A DNA stretch of 63,599 bases, the filler included, from Lenisia limosa (taxonomy: Eukaryota; Protista; Breviatea): assembly GCA_001655205.1 (NCBI GenBank). It is 11 parts of 11 records of this genome, joined end to end, with 100 filler letters (N's around TTAATTAATTAA, not from the genome) between each part and the next. Parts side by side here need not be neighbours in the genome. Positions count along the whole stretch, not along the records: positions 58,005 to 62,219 come from LPNZ01007767.1; positions 62,320 to 63,599 come from LPNZ01010598.1; 9 more parts are not named here. The stretch is one strand, 5' to 3'. The notes beneath the pieces were generated by a model that worked only from the letters and a program-made list of their open reading frames with translations, searched no databases and was not told the origin of the DNA. How positions within the stretch are numbered: the first letter of the stretch is position 1; every line of letters begins with the position of its first letter. Positions 58,100-63,599 of this stretch are shown in pieces. The position numbers and the translations under genes were made by a program.

Positions 58100-61000
58100 T
58101 CAATACGATAACCTGAGTCGTACCAGGGAGGACTTCGCCATCGAAGACAGGGTGCAGGGCGCCGGAGCAGGGGTAGCGCCGGAAGTTGTCCGTAGGGAAG
58201 GAGAAGAGGGAGGGCTAATTGTGTGAAGAAGCGTGGGGGAGATGATTGTGTTAATAAGCGTGCGGGAGATGCCTGTGTTAATAAGCGTGGTGATGGAGGG
58301 ATGGCTGAGCTAAGTCCCGTACCCACTTCAAGATAAAACACCTCCATGACGGCGGGGCCCTTAGCGGGTTGGACGTTGAGCTTTCCAGGGGACACGGGAC
58401 GGGCAACCTGGGGGGGGGGTAAAATGAAGAAAATTTATGAGAAAAAAAAACCCCANNNNNNNNNNNNNNNNNNNNNNNNNNNNNNNNNNNNNNNNNNNNN
58501 NNNNNNNNNNNNNNNNNNNNNNNNNNNNNNNNNNNNNNNNNNNNNNNNNNNNNNNNNNNNNNNNNNNNNNNNNNNNNNNNNNNNNNNNNNNNNNNNNNNN
58601 NNNNNNNNNNNNNNNNNNNNNNNNNNNNNNNNNNNNNNNNNNNNNNNNNNNNNNNNNNNNNNNNNNNNNNNNNNNNNNNNNNNNNNNNNNNNNNNCCACA
58701 AACCACGAAATCAAGATAGGCCGTGCCAGTTGGGAAGTCCTCGACCAGGCCCGAGCAAGTGAGACGATAGCGCTGGCCCGGACTCAGTCCTGTTGTGTCC
58801 AGAGTGATGGATGACCCCACGTTCGTCATGATACTGCTTGGTGTTAGATCATCAATGAAACTCCATGATACTTGGTGTTGATCAATAAAACTGGTGTTAG
58901 TTGATCAATAAAAATCCATGACACTACTTTGTGCTATTTCATCAATAAAACTCCTTTCTTTCAACGAAAGCCTTCGCGCCAGTGATAAAAAATATAACCC
59001 TATCTCAATTAAACCCATTCCAGTGAGCTCCCCCCCCCCCCCNNNNNNNNNNNNNNNNNNNNNNNNNNNNNNNNNNNNNNNNNNNNNNNNNNNNNNNNNN
59101 NNNNNNNNNNNNNNNNNNNNNNNNNNNNNNNNNNNNNNNNNNNNNNNNNNNNNNTGAGGGGAATTGGGCAGTCAAAATCGAGTGTTTTGCTTGATACTTT
59201 TATTGATATTTAGAGGGCTGGTATTGAGAATATTTCTTAGGATTTTTCGGATTATCTGGGGGCTGCATTGCTCACAGTGATACTGGACTCCTCATTGCCG
59301 GTTGCAACGTCAATGACCAGGCACTCAATCTACGCGGTCAGCTGGGTGGAGTGGGGGGAGGAGGGTATCGTATGTATGTAATTGTGGAAGAGAGAACCAG
59401 AAAGATGGAATAGAGACCCAAAACTGACCCCTCCCCCACCGCCACGTCACTTCTGAAGGGAAGAAGACGGTAGTTGTAGCGGTCAGCTTGGGACGAAATT
59501 GAAAGTTGGACCTAGGGTATCGTTAATGTGGTGAATGTCTCGAACAGGTTAATAAATTTATGTCCAACTACTTGGATCAACATAATCATTTATGTACTAT
59601 GCATATAGTATATCTGCGAGATAATAAAACAATATCCATCCAACGTCGGTGATTTTGGTGGAAGGAGCATCATTACGACGGGTGTCAGAGTCTACAGGGT
59701 ACATGCGCGCAATTTTCTGTGAAATCAATAATTGGGGGAAGGGTTCGATACTATTTTCTTTTTTTGAACAGAGCACTTTTCCCATTGTCCCTTTGTGACT
59801 AATAGTAATACCCTTCCCACTTTCTCCTTAATACTATGGGTATCGTAGGGCGCGTAAATAACGGTCTTGTCAACACCACTGCAATTGGTCAGATCGGTTC
59901 GGATCATTCCAGACCCTCACGAAGCAAAAGTTAGAACGGAGAATTCGCACACACCAAAGCTAACCCCAGCCCCTGACAAAGAAAAGCTAACCCCAGCCCC
60001 CTGACATTGGTGTATTGAAGACGTTATCAATGGCGATGTAGGAGTACTGGGTCTAAAGGGGTAAGGAATACTTGCATATATGATGCATCGAAGCTGGACA
60101 CTATATTGAACTTTTTTTTATTCTTGAAAGTACACAGACATACTCCACAACTGCCAACATGTGAAAGCTAAAATTACAATTTGAAGAAAGTGACTACCCC
60201 AAGAACCCCCACACAGCCCACCAGATCAACAGTGCCGAAAGAACGGGTCTTGATGAGGGCGGAAGGATTGCCGACACGCTTGGGGACCAGCGGCGTGACC
60301 TCGTGGTCAACAACACGCAGACTGAACGGTGAGATCCAAAATTATNNNNNNNNNNNNNNNNNNNNNNNNNNNNNNNNNNNNNNNNNNNNNNNNNNNNNNN
60401 NNNNNNNNNNNNNNNNNNNNNNNNNNNNNNNNNNNNNNNNNNNNNNAAAATGAATAAAAAAAACACCACTTCCTCATACGTTCCCTGAACTGCAGTGGCT
60501 TCTCCAGTCGAAGCCACAGTGTTCGTCAGTTCAATTTCCTCAGTGTCATGGTTCATGAAACCGCCAGCATCTATAAGGTCAATATCAGAATATCAGAGAG
60601 TGGTATTGGGTTCTCCATTATCCCCACGTTTTGTCAATATCCTTTCGATAAAGGAGTTTTAGCATGGTTCTGTCAACTGCATCCCCATGCATCTCTTGAT
60701 TATATTTGCTATTTCCCCCCCTCTCTAATAATATCGCAAAGCCACCACCCACATTTTCTGTTATCGATTTCAAAGAGCGGTCTGGCATGCTCAACCACCT
60801 TGAAATTAACCCATTCAGTAGTGGACGCTTCAGTCAGCTTATCTGAGGGGTCAGACATAGAACATCAATTCTTACCCAACCCTTTATGATTTTGGTTTTA
60901 CCCAAATCGGCAAAAAAAAAAAGCAAATGTAGAGCAACAACCACAANNNNNNNNNNNNNNNNNNNNNNNNNNNNNNNNNNNNNNNNNNNNNNNNNNNNNN

Positions 61001-62125
61001 NNNNNNNNNNNNNNNNNNNNNNNNNNNNNNNNNNNNNNNNNNNNNNNNNNNNNNNNNNNNNNNNNNNNNNNNNNNAGTAGAGTCGAGGCTCAATGTTCGC
61101 CGAGGCAAACTAGAGAAAATGGTCAAAAGCAAGGCAAGGCGACTATTCTGTTTTTGAACAAGAGAAATAATATACTGAAATCAGACAATTCAAAGATAAT
61201 GAATCGATGTTATATTTGACAGAAGGGAATCATTCAAATTGAATCAATCAAACCATCTCACTCTGATATGGGTCTTCGAGAGAGCGGTATAACTGGCGTA
61301 AGAATCCTTATGCACCATGGTGCCGTTGGACTGCTGGCATGAAAATAAAGCAAAATGTTACAAGAACTTGTCAAAAACATGGTAGAAAAAAAAAAAAAGA
61401 AAAAAAAAAATACTTCNNNNNNNNNNNNNNNNNNNNNNNNNNNNNNNNNNNNNNNNNNNNNNNNNNNNNNNNNNNNNNNNNNNNNNNNNNNNNNNNNNNN
61501 NNNNNNNNNNNNNNNNNNNNNNNNNNNNNNNNAGTCTCTTGATCATGGCAGTAGGCCTTGGAGAATGACCCGCTGATTGGTTAGTAGTGAAAAGGCGGAG
61601 GTTGGAAAGAGATACGCAATATATTGGGGGTTGGAAAGAGATGCGCTATCTATTGGGGGTTGTATACGCTATTACCTCAGATTTGGAGACAGGGACCAAA
61701 ACACGGTCCGGTATAATACCTAGTGCTTCACTTTGGTTCGAAAAAAGACTGAATTTCTAGAAATCCTCGAAAACTTTCGATATATTCCCGAACCAAAGTG
61801 AAGCCCTAGGTATATACCAGCTTGATAATGGAAATTACCGATAAATCCAGGAAGAAAAGGGTGGTCGCTATAAGAAAAGGACCAAAGGTGCCGCGAAAAC
61901 GCCTTCAATAGAACNNNNNNNNNNNNNNNNNNNNNNNNNNNNNNNNNNNNNNNNNNNNNNNNNNNNNNNNNNNNNNNNNNNNNNNNNNNNNNNNNNNNNN
62001 NNNNNNNNNNNNNNNNNNNNNNNNNNNNNNNNNNNNNNNNNNNNNNNNNNNNNNNNNNNNNNNNNTGGGGACCCTTAATGACACACATCGGTGTGATCAT
62101 GGAAGACTTGACTTCGATCTAAGTT
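58100..62125 (-). CDS. Multi-exon beta-rich protein of unknown function; possibly the N-terminal part of the RCC1-repeat gene
   Basis: In-phase exon chain including KIARMYPVDSDTRRNDAPSTKITD / VQLSISSQADRYNYRLLPFRSD / IECLVIDVATGNEESSIT; also LRVVDHEVTPLVPKRVGNPSALIKTRSFGTVDL, DTTGLSPGQRYRLTCSGLV and PSLFSFPTDNFRRYPCSGALHPVFDGEVLPGTTQ. An unsized gap at 57905-58004 separates it from the RCC1 exons. Confidence 0.55.
61721..61808. mobile_element. MITE family A copy
   Basis: TAGTGCTTCACTTTGGTTCG...GAACCAAAGTGAAGCCCTA; flanks GGTATAATACC / GGTATATACC. Confidence 0.8.
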
Positions 62126-63422
62126 GTCAAGAATAGGGGTAAACTCTGAAGGTATTCGCTACATTAACCCGCACAACACCTTGCTGAGTGATAGATATCA
62201 CACCTCCCCCCCCCCCCCCNNNNNNNNNNNNNNNNNNNNNNNNNNNNNNNNNNNNNNNNNNNNTTAATTAATTAANNNNNNNNNNNNNNNNNNNNNNNNN
62301 NNNNNNNNNNNNNNNNNNNATTTGAATTATTTCTTTAGAATTTACTTTGAAGTTTTTGAATATGTCGATGGAGAGCTAAGTTAGATATTAAAAACTGTAT
62401 TGGCGACCTTTACCAATCAGGCAATGTCCTTTGTGCCCGAGAACGCTCCGAGTCCGGAGCTTGTGAAAGGTGCCGCAATGATAGCTGCTACCTCGGTGAA
62501 GTTCCCTTCGACACTTTCTAGAATCAGGGAGCTCAGCCAAGCAGCTACGTCGTTTGATGATACGGGTAGTGATATAGCCGACGCGTTCTCGCTACACAGC
62601 TTGCTGTTAACCAGGGAACGATTGTTGACAACGTGTCAAGACCTCTTTCTTTCCTGCACATTCCGGCGAACCACAGAGTTGCTATTTTAGCACCAGGAAA
62701 TGGATGTAGGTATTGCTAATATCGCTGAGTAAAAAGTTTTTTTTTATAATGATTCTCACCTTCACTAGATTGTATGTGACACCGCTGACGTTAAGGAGAC
62801 ATCCATTCGTCAAATTCAATATGACACCTCGCAGGGAGCTATTTTGTCCCGGACAAATTCCACTTAACTATTAAGATTTTACTTCCAACTAAAAGAGGCT
62901 TCGCTTAGTTGTTATTGTGATTGAAAATTGAACGAATTAACACCAGAGTTTCTCTTGAGTGATTTATTTTTTGCGTGTTTTTTTTGGATAAAATTCGCTC
63001 TCTTAGATTAAACTTAAATCCCTACCAAAGACAAACATAAAAAAGAATTGTTGAGCAAGAATGGCATCAATCGACCAATGTTGAGTTCACGACCTAATTT
63101 AGGACCTTGAGCAGATATATATTCGACGACCACCCTTGGGGGTATGGGTGGAAAGGGGCAAAGTAGGGAAATAACAAGAAAAACTGGGGATCAATAAATT
63201 AAATTAATAATAACAAAAAAAGGAGCAACAAATCATTGATGAACTAATTTGGGCTTGTCTAAAAATGAGATGGCTCTTAAAAAACGTCTGTATTTGCAAA
63301 AATTAACCATTTATTGTGAGCATAATAAAAATACCACTTTTCACTCTTAATGGTTTTAACTACAGACGCTGCCACCCCATTTTTAGATGAGCCATAATTT
63401 GCACCCCACCCCCCAACACAAA

Positions 63423-63500
63423 CAGTGACTGGGATAAGTCTTGACAGATTTTCCTTGGGAAATCAGAGAGCAAATCGGTCAAGACCTATCCCGGTCACTG
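63423..63500. mobile_element. MITE family B (Tc1/mariner-like), complete copy, plus a solo right end at ~63518-63544
   Basis: CAGTGACTGGGATAAGTCTTGACAGATTT...AAATCGGTCAAGACCTATCCCGGTCACTG followed by TA. Confidence 0.85.
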
Positions 63501-63599
63501 TAAACCACATAGCAAAATCGGTTAGGACTAATCCCGGTCAATGTACAGCCCGCACCCCACCTCCTTAGAATGCTCCCGCTCAGCCCGGGTGCGGATCGA

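Noticed and set aside
62400-62700. 96-aa plus-strand ORF and alternative minus-strand exon readings
   Set aside because: Probably coding, but strand, frame and family could not be determined.
1-63599. A prokaryote-style defence or operon system
   Set aside because: All genes are spliceosomal-intron-rich eukaryotic genes with unrelated functions; no operon-like or horizontally acquired intronless cluster was seen.

Overview
Eukaryotic, intron-dense, AT-rich draft scaffold. It has many N gaps, some containing a TTAATTAATTAA assembly spacer. Exons are mostly 40-150 bp with GT-AG introns, so the supplied ORF track is largely uninformative; I assembled gene models by eye from splice sites and reading phase. 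An amoebozoan-type protist is my inference from gene content and architecture, not something the sequence proves. Recognisable genes: tRNA-Lys(CTT), an ankyrin-repeat protein, a TMEM209-like nuclear-envelope protein, an IQ-motif/Glu-rich protein, ZPR1, a CPA2-type cation/H+ antiporter, a drebrin/Abp1-like ADF-H protein, a divergent fatty-acyl-CoA-reductase-like protein that appears to lack the catalytic YxxxK, a decayed ankyrin gene, the 5' part of an M13 (neprilysin-like) peptidase, a sushi-domain membrane protein, and an RCC1/BLIP-II repeat protein. At least four inverted-repeat element families (MITE-like) and two TIR-less short repeat families are scattered through the introns. Best leads: (1) LINE-like C-terminal fragments ending about 50-60 bp upstream of the tRNA gene in TRE5-like orientation, (2) the FAR-like pseudoenzyme, (3) a strand-polarised intron architecture with G-runs at 5' ends and C-runs at 3' ends, some able to base-pair. 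All family assignments come from motif recall, not database searches.
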